Source: Minisyncoccota bacterium (GTDB lineage: Bacteria; Patescibacteriota; Minisyncoccia; Phycocordibacterales; UBA9973). Taken from it: DNA of 64,000 nucleotides. Positions 54,219-62,176 of the stretch are shown in pieces; position 1 is the first letter of the stretch; every line of letters begins with the position of its first letter. The translations under genes were made by a program, and so were the position numbers. The notes beneath the pieces are model-generated. The model did not search any database. It was not told where the DNA came from and worked only from the letters and a program-made list of their open reading frames with translations. The stretch lies in NCBI GenBank assembly GCA_035403785.1, contig DAONFW010000005.1, positions 3,045-67,044 on the forward strand, given 5' to 3'.

Positions 54219-54246
54219 AGTCCTAGCAGGACTATTTCTTTTTTTT
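54219..54246 (+). terminator. Intrinsic terminator after rsmE.
   Basis: The hairpin agtcct-agc-aggact is followed by atttcttttttttt. Confidence 0.5.
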
Positions 54247-54885
54247 ACCGCCGCCACCAATTGGGATTGCATAAGTATACGACAATCCAATCTCGTAATG
54301 TTGCTTCGGAGTACTCCAATTATGTCTTGAATGTCGATCATGATATACACCAAACGGTTCTAAATACAAAGTAAATTTATGCCGGTACGGGGCGTCTCCA
54401 CGAAGCGGTATTGGAATCGAAAACTCGGTTCGTAAACCAAATGTATTTCTGGACAGAAAACTAAAACCAAAGAGGTCTCCCGTTTCAAATCCATATCCCA
54501 CACTCATGTTCTGGCCGAACGTAATGTATTCAAAAAGCCCGACACCAAACCATTTATTTGGATGATACATAGCATGAACACCCAAGAACTGCTTGCCGAG
54601 GAAATTTATACCAACATCGGCTAAAGCTGTAACCATGTGTTTGGTTGTTCCGTTAGACAACTGAATCCCAGCACCAACATTGAACGGCCTTCTAATCGAG
54701 CCAGAAAATTCAAGTGGCACACCTGTAACAGAATATCCTCCACCGCTTTTGTCAGATTTACCTGATTTTTGCGTTGTGTTTTTGGCCGTAGAACCGGCCG
54801 TTGTGTACTGTGCCATCGATACTTCCGGCACAAAGAAGCAGGCCACAAAAAGGGCCGTTGCGAAAAATAACATTAATTTTTTCAT
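54232..54885 (-). CDS. Secreted protein with a beta-barrel-like sequence pattern (small OMP-like). The gene is GC-richer than its surroundings.
   Basis: A 217-aa ORF. The signal peptide is MKKLMLFFATALFVACFFVPEVSMA. It contains alternating hydrophobic/aromatic stretches (GVGLFEYITFGQNMSVGYGFETGDLFGFSFL…TEFSIPI) and ends GGGGKKKK. By eye the GC content is clearly above the roughly 30% of the rest of the window. Confidence 0.4.
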   Translation of the reverse strand: MKKLMLFFATALFVACFFVPEVSMAQYTTAGSTAKNTTQKSGKSDKSGGGYSVTGVPLEFSGSIRRPFNVGAGIQLSNGTTKHMVTALADVGINFLGKQFLGVHAMYHPNKWFGVGLFEYITFGQNMSVGYGFETGDLFGFSFLSRNTFGLRTEFSIPIPLRGDAPYRHKFTLYLEPFGVYHDRHSRHNWSTPKQHYEIGLSYTYAIPIGGGGKKKK

Positions 54886-54923
54886 TGTTTCTGGATTTAA
54901 TGATTATTATTTATATTTATTTA

Positions 54924-54951
54924 TTGACAAATTTCGAAGGTTTGTTATAAC
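54924..54951 (+). promoter_or_regulatory. Sigma-70-like promoter TTGACA-N16-TATAAC upstream of dnaE.
   Basis: ttgaca at 54924-54929 and tataac at 54946-54951, about 75 nt upstream of the dnaE ATG. Confidence 0.4.
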
Positions 54952-55028
54952 TATACCAAATTCAAGTGAAAAGTCAAGCATTTTCTTACAAATTTTTTTA
55001 ATAACTTTTTTGTGTTATTATATGTGCA

Positions 55029-58000
55029 ATGGCCTCAAAATTTGTGCATCTTCATACACATTCGCATTATTCCCTACTAGACGGGCTTTCTAAAATTGAG
55101 AACATTGTTGATATTGCAAAAAAAAATAAAATGACTGCTGTTGCTATTACAGATCACGGCAACATGTACGGTGCAATTGAATTTTATAAACTCGCAAAAA
55201 AAGAAGGAATCAAATCTATCATCGGAGTTGAAGCATACATCGCAGAACGTGGACGAAAAGACAAAGAACCTGGCATAGATAATAAAAGATATCACTTAAC
55301 ACTTTTGGCAAAAAACAAAACGGGATACAAAAATCTAATGCGTCTTGTTACTCTTGCCAACCTTGAAGGTTATTATTACAAACCACGCATGGATAAAGAA
55401 ATTTTGCACGAATATTCTGAAGGAATTATTTGTTTGTCTGGTTGTATGGGCAGCCAACTTTCTCAAGCTGTGATTGCAGATAATTTAGAAAGAGCAGAAG
55501 AATTAATAAAAGAACATCAAGAGATTTTTGGGAAAGAAAATTATTTTTTAGAAGTACACTCACATCCTCATATTGAGAACGACAAAAAACTTCGAGATGG
55601 CATAGTAGCTCTAGGAAAAAAATTTAAAATTCCTGTAGTCGCCGGGCAAGACTCGCATTATTCTTGTATTTCAGATCAAGATGCACACAACACTTTGCTT
55701 GCGGTGAATACTGGAGTAATAAGCGGAAAAGAAGGAACGGGATTAGAATTCGGTGTAGATGATTTTTCTTTGATAGACGAAAAGACTGCTTTGAAATATT
55801 TTGAAGATGTTCCGGAAGCGGTTCATAATACAGAAATTGTTGCAAATATGTGCGAAGAGTATGATTTAGAATTGGGTAAAGCTTATTTTCCAGATTTCCC
55901 TATTCCAGAAGATACAACAGCTGACCAAATGCTAAGAGATTTGGCTTACAAAGGTTTTGAATTTCGAGGATTACCACAGACAAAAGAATACATAGACAGA
56001 CTAGAATACGAACTGCAAATTATTAAACAAAAAGGATATCCTACTTACTTTTTGGTGGTTTCTGACTTGTTAAAATTTTCTCGTGAAAATGGAATCTATA
56101 CAAATATTCGAGGATCGGTCGCTGGATCTCTAACTACTTATTTAACTGGAATTACAAAAGTTGATCCGATCGCCTATAAACTGCCTTTCGAAAGATTTTT
56201 GAATCCAGAAAGACCATCATTGCCCGATATCGATATGGACTATGCTGATAATCGTCGTGAAGATGTTATTGCTTACGCAAAAAGTAAATACGGCGAAGAC
56301 AAAGTTGCCCAAATCGGTACTTTCGGCACAATGATGGCAAAAGGTTCTATTCGTGATGTTGCTCGTGCGCTTGGTTATCCATACGCTGTTGGAGACAGAA
56401 TTTCAAGCATGATTCCCCTCGGTTCACAAGGAATGCCGATGACTATTGATCACGCGATGGAGCTTGTTCCGGAATTAAAAGAAGCATACAAAAAAGAACC
56501 AGACACAAAAAAAATAATAGATTTAGCAAAAAAAATGGAAGGCTGTGTTAGACATATTTCTGTGCATGCAGCTGGAGTTGTGATGGCACCAAAACCTCTT
56601 TATGAATTTACTCCAATTCAGTATGACCCAAAAGGTGGAAATATTATCACGCAGTATGACATGTATAGTATTGAAGACGCCGGTTTGCCCAAATTTGATT
56701 TTCTTGGAATAAGAAACTTAGCTATTTTGGCGCTTGCCGTAAAGCTTGTAAAGAAAATTTACAACATAGACATAGATATGGATAGAATTCCATTAGATGA
56801 CAAAAAAACCTTCGCTATGCTGGCAAAAGGAGAAACAATGGGACTTTTTCAACTAAACGGCGGCGGTATGACGAAAGCTTTGAAAGAGCTGAAACCAACT
56901 AACATTCATGACATAAATGTGATGGTGGCTCTTTATCGCCCCGGACCGATGGATAACATTCAGGAATACATGGACCGAAAGCATGGCAAAAAGAAACCTG
57001 AATATATGCATCCAAAAATGAAAAATTTTCTAGACACAACTTTTGGTGTGTTGGTTTATCAAGATGACTTGCTCATGACGGCTATTGAAGTCGCAGGATA
57101 TTCTTGGGGTGAAGTAGATAAATTCAGAAAAGCTGTTGGTAAAAAAATTCCAGAAGAAATGGCCAAACAGCATGTTAAATTCGTGGACGGTTGTCAAAAA
57201 CATGGCGGCCTGACAAAACAAAAAGCAGAAGAAATATGGAAGCTTTTCGAACCATTTCAAGGTTACGGATTCAACAAAGCGCACGCAGCAAGTTATGGTT
57301 TCGTTGCATATCAAACAGCATACATGAAAGCTAATTATCCAGTAGAATATATGACTGCTGTTTTGACTTCAGAATCTGGTGATGTAGAAAAAATTGCTGA
57401 AATAGTAACAGAATGTAAAAAAATGAACATAGAAGTTTTGCCACCAAACATAAACGAAAGTTTCGGTGATTTTACTATTATAAAAGGCTCTGATCACAAA
57501 GAAGGAAGAACTATTCGTTTTGGGCTCTATACTATAAAAAATCTCGGCACCGATATTGCTAATGCGATAATAGAAGAAAGAAAGAAGAACGGCAAATATA
57601 AATCAATAGAAGATTTTTTTGAAAGAGTAAATCACAAAAATTTAAACAAAAAATCCGTTGAAGCTTTGGCAAAATCAGGAGCAATGGATGATTTCGGAAA
57701 AAGAAATGATATTATTGGAAATTTAGAAAGATTGCTCGCTTTTAATAAAGAAATAAAAACTTCATCTGCTCAAACTTCTCTATTTGGTTCAGTTGGCGGA
57801 ATAAAAACAAAATTAGACTTAACTCCACAACCTGAAGAAACAAAACAAGAAAGATTGGCTTGGGAAAAAGAATTGTTGGGTTTATATATTTCAGGACATC
57901 CATTAGACAGAATTCGTGACAAATTAGAAAAGAAAGAAATAAATATCAAAAAAATCAAAGAAGAATTTGGAGAAAACAAACCGGTAACTTTTGGCGGTAT

Positions 58001-58220
58001 GATAGAAACGGTCAGACAAGTTATGACAAAAAAGAACGAACGTATGGCTTTTATAAAAATAATAGACTTGAATGACTCAATAGAAGCAGTTGCTTTTCCA
58101 AGATTATTCCAAAGTTCAGCTGATGTTTTAGTCTCAGAAAAATGCATCGCTCTGACTGGAAAAGTTTCTATCAGAAATGGTGAAAAAAGTATAATTATAG
58201 AGGGAGTGAAAGAGATATAA
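55029..58220 (+). CDS. dnaE: DNA polymerase III alpha subunit.
   Basis: A 1063-aa ORF with an N-terminal PHP domain (HLHTHSHYSLLDG), a polymerase core and a C-terminal OB fold. Confidence 0.95.
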   Translation: MASKFVHLHTHSHYSLLDGLSKIENIVDIAKKNKMTAVAITDHGNMYGAIEFYKLAKKEGIKSIIGVEAYIAERGRKDKEPGIDNKRYHLTLLAKNKTGYKNLMRLVTLANLEGYYYKPRMDKEILHEYSEGIICLSGCMGSQLSQAVIADNLERAEELIKEHQEIFGKENYFLEVHSHPHIENDKKLRDGIVALGKKFKIPVVAGQDSHYSCISDQDAHNTLLAVNTGVISGKEGTGLEFGVDDFSLIDEKTALKYFEDVPEAVHNTEIVANMCEEYDLELGKAYFPDFPIPEDTTADQMLRDLAYKGFEFRGLPQTKEYIDRLEYELQIIKQKGYPTYFLVVSDLLKFSRENGIYTNIRGSVAGSLTTYLTGITKVDPIAYKLPFERFLNPERPSLPDIDMDYADNRREDVIAYAKSKYGEDKVAQIGTFGTMMAKGSIRDVARALGYPYAVGDRISSMIPLGSQGMPMTIDHAMELVPELKEAYKKEPDTKKIIDLAKKMEGCVRHISVHAAGVVMAPKPLYEFTPIQYDPKGGNIITQYDMYSIEDAGLPKFDFLGIRNLAILALAVKLVKKIYNIDIDMDRIPLDDKKTFAMLAKGETMGLFQLNGGGMTKALKELKPTNIHDINVMVALYRPGPMDNIQEYMDRKHGKKKPEYMHPKMKNFLDTTFGVLVYQDDLLMTAIEVAGYSWGEVDKFRKAVGKKIPEEMAKQHVKFVDGCQKHGGLTKQKAEEIWKLFEPFQGYGFNKAHAASYGFVAYQTAYMKANYPVEYMTAVLTSESGDVEKIAEIVTECKKMNIEVLPPNINESFGDFTIIKGSDHKEGRTIRFGLYTIKNLGTDIANAIIEERKKNGKYKSIEDFFERVNHKNLNKKSVEALAKSGAMDDFGKRNDIIGNLERLLAFNKEIKTSSAQTSLFGSVGGIKTKLDLTPQPEETKQERLAWEKELLGLYISGHPLDRIRDKLEKKEINIKKIKEEFGENKPVTFGGMIETVRQVMTKKNERMAFIKIIDLNDSIEAVAFPRLFQSSADVLVSEKCIALTGKVSIRNGEKSIIIEGVKEI

Positions 58221-58236
58221 AAAATTGGAAAGAAAA

Positions 58237-58288
58237 AATCCACTTTGTGTAACGAAAGAGGATTTTTTCTCTTTCCACAAAGTGGATT
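58237..58288. terminator. Long inverted repeat between the convergent dnaE and gene 58297-58629. It is probably a bidirectional terminator.
   Basis: aatccactttgtg…(27 nt)…cacaaagtggatt, with U-rich flanks on both strands. Confidence 0.4.
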
Positions 58289-58296
58289 AATATTTA

Positions 58297-58629
58297 TTAT
58301 TTTTTAGGTCTCTCAATAATTGCCAGTACCAATGCAAAAAGCATCACAAAGTAAAACAAAACGCCCTGTAAAATTGTTTTACTCATTTCACCCATGGAAT
58401 TCGGCACGCCACACAAAGATATATCTATTGCAATTAATGAAATAACAGCATTTAGGAACCTCACATCGCCCGAAGAATAACCTGGAAATATTGCTATATT
58501 AACGGAAAAAGATACTAACACACTCATTATTAAAGTATTAACAAAATCCCATTCCCCACACAGCATGAAAAAAAAGAATATTGCTATAGATATCAAAATT
58601 GAAAACATTAATTTAATTAAATTTTTCAT
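58297..58629 (-). CDS. Hypothetical small membrane protein.
   Basis: A 110-aa ORF with three to four transmembrane segments. Confidence 0.25.
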   Translation of the reverse strand: MKNLIKLMFSILISIAIFFFFMLCGEWDFVNTLIMSVLVSFSVNIAIFPGYSSGDVRFLNAVISLIAIDISLCGVPNSMGEMSKTILQGVLFYFVMLFALVLAIIERPKK

Positions 58630-58842
58630 AGTTTTAAATTTAAAAATTAATAATTAGAAGATTAGTAAATCATCTTGAATTACAAAAATAAACCAAGATG
58701 ATTCACTAATCCCCATCTAAAAACTTAAAATTATGAATATATAAAAAGAGCAGTTTACAAGCTAAATAGTAGTATATTTAGATAGAAAAGTCAAGAGTAA
58801 AAAACCTTGTTAATAAAGGAAATTTTGGTAAGAAATTGTATT

Positions 58843-59427
58843 TTAATTATACAAACTCATCGCTTTTTCTTTCCCTTCTGTAAAAATAACTTCTACTATT
58901 TCTGCAATTTTTTTAGATATTTTTTTAAGCTCATCTAATTCTGGTTTCTTGAATTCTCCCATCAGAAATTTTAAAACAGCTTCTTCCCCTTTTGGTTTTC
59001 TTATTTTGCCACTCGGTGTGGTCGGAGAAACTCCAACTCTTATTCTAGTAAACTCTTCTGTCTTTAATGACTTTATTATAGAGTTAACGCCGTTATGCCC
59101 ACCTGATGATCTATTGAAAGAAATTTTTATTTTACCCAAAGGCAAATCCATATCATCATAAATCACTACAATATCTTTTAAATTTAATTTATGTTTATCT
59201 TTCACATGTGCGACTGCAACACCTGAATTATTCATGAATGTAGTAGGTTTAATATATTCAACTGGTTTACCAGAAATAGAATCTTTATAAAAGAGTAATT
59301 TTGTATGTTTGCTTCCTTGCCAGTCAACTTTTTTTCCCAACATAAAATCGAGCACAATCCAACCAGTATTGTGACGTGTATTTTCATATTCTTCTCCTGG
59401 ATTTCCCAGTCCAACAACTAATTTCAT
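58843..59427 (-). CDS. pth: Peptidyl-tRNA hydrolase.
   Basis: A 194-aa ORF starting MKLVVGLGNPGEEYENTRHNTGWIVLDFM. Confidence 0.9.
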   Translation of the reverse strand: MKLVVGLGNPGEEYENTRHNTGWIVLDFMLGKKVDWQGSKHTKLLFYKDSISGKPVEYIKPTTFMNNSGVAVAHVKDKHKLNLKDIVVIYDDMDLPLGKIKISFNRSSGGHNGVNSIIKSLKTEEFTRIRVGVSPTTPSGKIRKPKGEEAVLKFLMGEFKKPELDELKKISKKIAEIVEVIFTEGKEKAMSLYN

Positions 59428-59516
59428 CCCGTTAGAAATATGTCGCAGTCAATAATAATTAAAATACTTTCCCGTTAAAATCTGCGACTGCGATTTCTAA
59501 CGGGATTCATATTTTT
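59426..59516 (-). repeat. Nested palindromic element immediately 5' of pth. It belongs to the same family as 53163-53442.
   Basis: The outer arms are atcccgttagaaat at 59426-59439 and atttctaacgggat at 59503-59516. An inner inverted repeat is tcgcagtc…gactgcga. The pth start codon overlaps an outer arm (…ctaacgggATGaaa on the minus strand). Confidence 0.5.
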
Positions 59517-59611
59517 AATAATAACAAAATTTTATCTCTTTTTCTGGCAACTTTTAACTAGACAATATATTATATGCTTGTGTCAATAGCTTTTTGTGAT
59601 AAAATAGTAGG

Positions 59612-60199
59612 ATGGAAAATGAAAAAAATTTAAAAGCAGAGGAAAAAGTAGAATCTACTGGGCGTTCATTATGGGAATTAGCACGCTTTGCGCTTCTTGC
59701 AATTGCGATAGTTGTTCCTATAAGGATTTTTATCGCTCAGCCGTTTGTAGTGTCAGGTTCTTCTATGTTCCCTACTTTTGAAGATAAGCAGTATTTAATC
59801 GTAGATGAAATTTCTTACAAATTAGGAAACATAAACAGAGGCGATGTTGTAATTTTTAAATATCCGTTAGATACAAAAAAATATTACATAAAAAGGATCA
59901 TTGGCTTACCAAACGAAATTGTTGATATAAAGAATGGAAAAGTAACTATCACAAACGAAGAAAATCCAGAAGGATTTGAAATAGATGACTCTTTCATAAA
60001 AAATATTTCAAAAGATATCGGACATTATGAATTACAAGATGACGAATATTTTGTCCTAGGAGACAACAGAACAAATAGTTCAGATTCTAGATTTTGGGGT
60101 CCTGTTCCAAAAAAATTACTAGTCGGTAGAGCATTTTTAAGATTACTACCAATATCCAAAGTAAGCGTATTCCCAGGTGAACATACATTATTAAATTAA
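59612..60199 (+). CDS. lepB: Signal peptidase I.
   Basis: A 195-aa ORF. The Ser box is VVSGSSMFPTF, the Lys box is YIKRIIGLPNE, and box E is LGDNRTNSSDSRFWGPV. Confidence 0.85.
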   Translation: MENEKNLKAEEKVESTGRSLWELARFALLAIAIVVPIRIFIAQPFVVSGSSMFPTFEDKQYLIVDEISYKLGNINRGDVVIFKYPLDTKKYYIKRIIGLPNEIVDIKNGKVTITNEENPEGFEIDDSFIKNISKDIGHYELQDDEYFVLGDNRTNSSDSRFWGPVPKKLLVGRAFLRLLPISKVSVFPGEHTLLN

Positions 60200-60241
60200 A
60201 ATAATTTATTTTTATTATTAAAATTAGAAGATAACTAAATT

Positions 60242-61564
60242 ATGAGTAAGACAACAAAAACAACTCCTAAAAAAACAGCTAAAAAACAAGACAAAAATTT
60301 CACGACACCAAAAGGCACCCGTGACATAATGAATCAGGAATATTATAACTTCCAAGGTTTTTTTGAAAAAGCACAAGAAGTTGCAGTTTATTACGGATTC
60401 AAGCCGATAGAAACTCCAATTTTAGAACAAGAAGAAGTGTTCACTTCTGGAATTGGCGAAGGCACAGATATTGTTGATAAAGAAATATATTCTCTCAAAA
60501 CAAAAGGCGGAGATCATTTGGCATTAAGACCCGAACACACTGCCCCACTCATGCGCTCTTATATAGAGCACGGCATGCAAAATCTTCCTCAGCCAGTGTT
60601 GTTTTACCAATATGGTCCAAGTTTTAGACACGATAATCCTCAAGCTGGAAGATACCGACAATTTTGGCAATTTGATTTAGACTCTTTAGGTAGTGATAAA
60701 AGTATCATGGATGCTTTGGTAATAAAAGCCGGAGTAAGTATTTTGAAAGAAGCTGGGGCTGAAAATATTTCTATAGACATAAATTCAATTGGAGATAAAG
60801 AATGTCGTGGCGCTTACATCAAAGAGCTTGTAAGTTATTACAAAAAACATCTTAAAGATTTACCTGCTGTAGATAGAGAAAGATTAAAGAAAAATCCATT
60901 GAGAATTTTAGATTCAAAAGATCCAAAAACAAAAGAAATTAATGAAGGCGCTCCTGATTCTGTCAGCTTTTTGTGTTCTTCATGTAAGAAGCATTTCAAA
61001 GAAGTCTTAGAATATTTAGAAGAAATGGGAATACCGTATAATATAAACAAAAATCTTGTACGCGGTTTGTCTTACTACACAAGAACAGTTTTTGAAGTGA
61101 TAGAAGAAAAAGGAACAGAAGAAGGCGGACCAATAGCAATTGCTGGTGGCGGAAGATATGATTATCTCGCAAAACAACTTGGTAGCAAAAAAGATATCCC
61201 AGCTGTTGGATTTTCAGTTGGTGTAGACAGGGTTGTTGCTGCCCCTTGGTATAAAAAACTTTCTCCAAGAATTATAAAAAAACCAAAAATATATTTCATT
61301 CAATTGGGAGCAGAGGCAAAACTAAAAAGTTTAAACATTATTGAAATATTAAGAAAAGCGCACATTCCAATAGCACAATCTTTATCGAAAGACAGTTTGG
61401 GTGCACAGTTGGCAATCGCAGAAAAACTACAAATTCCATATACTCTAATTTTTGGACAAAAAGAAGCATTAGAAGATTCTGTTATTGTTCGTGATATGTC
61501 TAATAGATCCCAAAACACAGTAAAATTGGCAAAACTTTTGGATTATCTAAAAGAACTGAAATAA
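60242..61564 (+). CDS. hisS: Histidyl-tRNA synthetase.
   Basis: A 440-aa ORF. Class II motif 2 reads FRHDNPQAGRYRQFWQFD, motif 3 reads IAGGGRYDYL, and an anticodon-binding domain follows. Confidence 0.9.
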   Translation: MSKTTKTTPKKTAKKQDKNFTTPKGTRDIMNQEYYNFQGFFEKAQEVAVYYGFKPIETPILEQEEVFTSGIGEGTDIVDKEIYSLKTKGGDHLALRPEHTAPLMRSYIEHGMQNLPQPVLFYQYGPSFRHDNPQAGRYRQFWQFDLDSLGSDKSIMDALVIKAGVSILKEAGAENISIDINSIGDKECRGAYIKELVSYYKKHLKDLPAVDRERLKKNPLRILDSKDPKTKEINEGAPDSVSFLCSSCKKHFKEVLEYLEEMGIPYNINKNLVRGLSYYTRTVFEVIEEKGTEEGGPIAIAGGGRYDYLAKQLGSKKDIPAVGFSVGVDRVVAAPWYKKLSPRIIKKPKIYFIQLGAEAKLKSLNIIEILRKAHIPIAQSLSKDSLGAQLAIAEKLQIPYTLIFGQKEALEDSVIVRDMSNRSQNTVKLAKLLDYLKELK

Positions 61565-61582
61565 AAAATAACAAACAATAAA

Positions 61583-62104
61583 ATGAAAGAAATAGTTCAA
61601 AGGGAGGAAAAAGTTCTACGCGAAATAGCAAAAGAAGTTCCAGTTAAAGATATCACTTCTCCTAAAATACAAAAAATCATAAAAGAAATGTCAGAGTCTT
61701 TAAAAACCCAAGATGACGGCGTGGCTATCGCGGCTCCACAAATTGGTTATGCATTAAGAATTTTTGTTATCGCTGGAAAAATGTTCCATAAAGATTTTAT
61801 TAGGGGCGAAGGAGTCCCAAAAGATGCAGTGCTTCCAAAAGATTTAGTTTTTATAAATCCAAAAATTTCTAAACTATCTCGTGAAAAAGAATGGATGCCA
61901 GAAGGTTGTCTTTCAGTAAGATGGGCATATGGCGAAGTATATAGATCAAAAAAAGCTACAGTAACAGCCTATGATGAACACGGAAAGAAATTTACCAGAG
62001 GCGCCAGTGGTTTGCTCGCTCAAGCTTTCCAACATGAAACTGACCACTTAAACGGAGTTTTGTTTATAGACAAAGCAGAAAATGTTAAAGAAGAAAATAT
62101 TTAA
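61583..62104 (+). CDS. def: Peptide deformylase.
   Basis: A 173-aa ORF with the motifs GVAIAAPQIG, EGCLSV and HETDHLNG. Confidence 0.85.
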   Translation: MKEIVQREEKVLREIAKEVPVKDITSPKIQKIIKEMSESLKTQDDGVAIAAPQIGYALRIFVIAGKMFHKDFIRGEGVPKDAVLPKDLVFINPKISKLSREKEWMPEGCLSVRWAYGEVYRSKKATVTAYDEHGKKFTRGASGLLAQAFQHETDHLNGVLFIDKAENVKEENI

Positions 62105-62131
62105 TTAAAAAAAATTCTAAACACACTAAAA

Positions 62132-62160
62132 AACACTCAGGACTTCCTGAGTGTTTTTTG
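62132..62160 (+). terminator. Intrinsic terminator after def.
   Basis: The hairpin aacactcagga-ctt-cctgagtgtt is followed by ttttgg. Confidence 0.55.
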
Positions 62161-62176
62161 GTTAGTTTTTAAAGTT

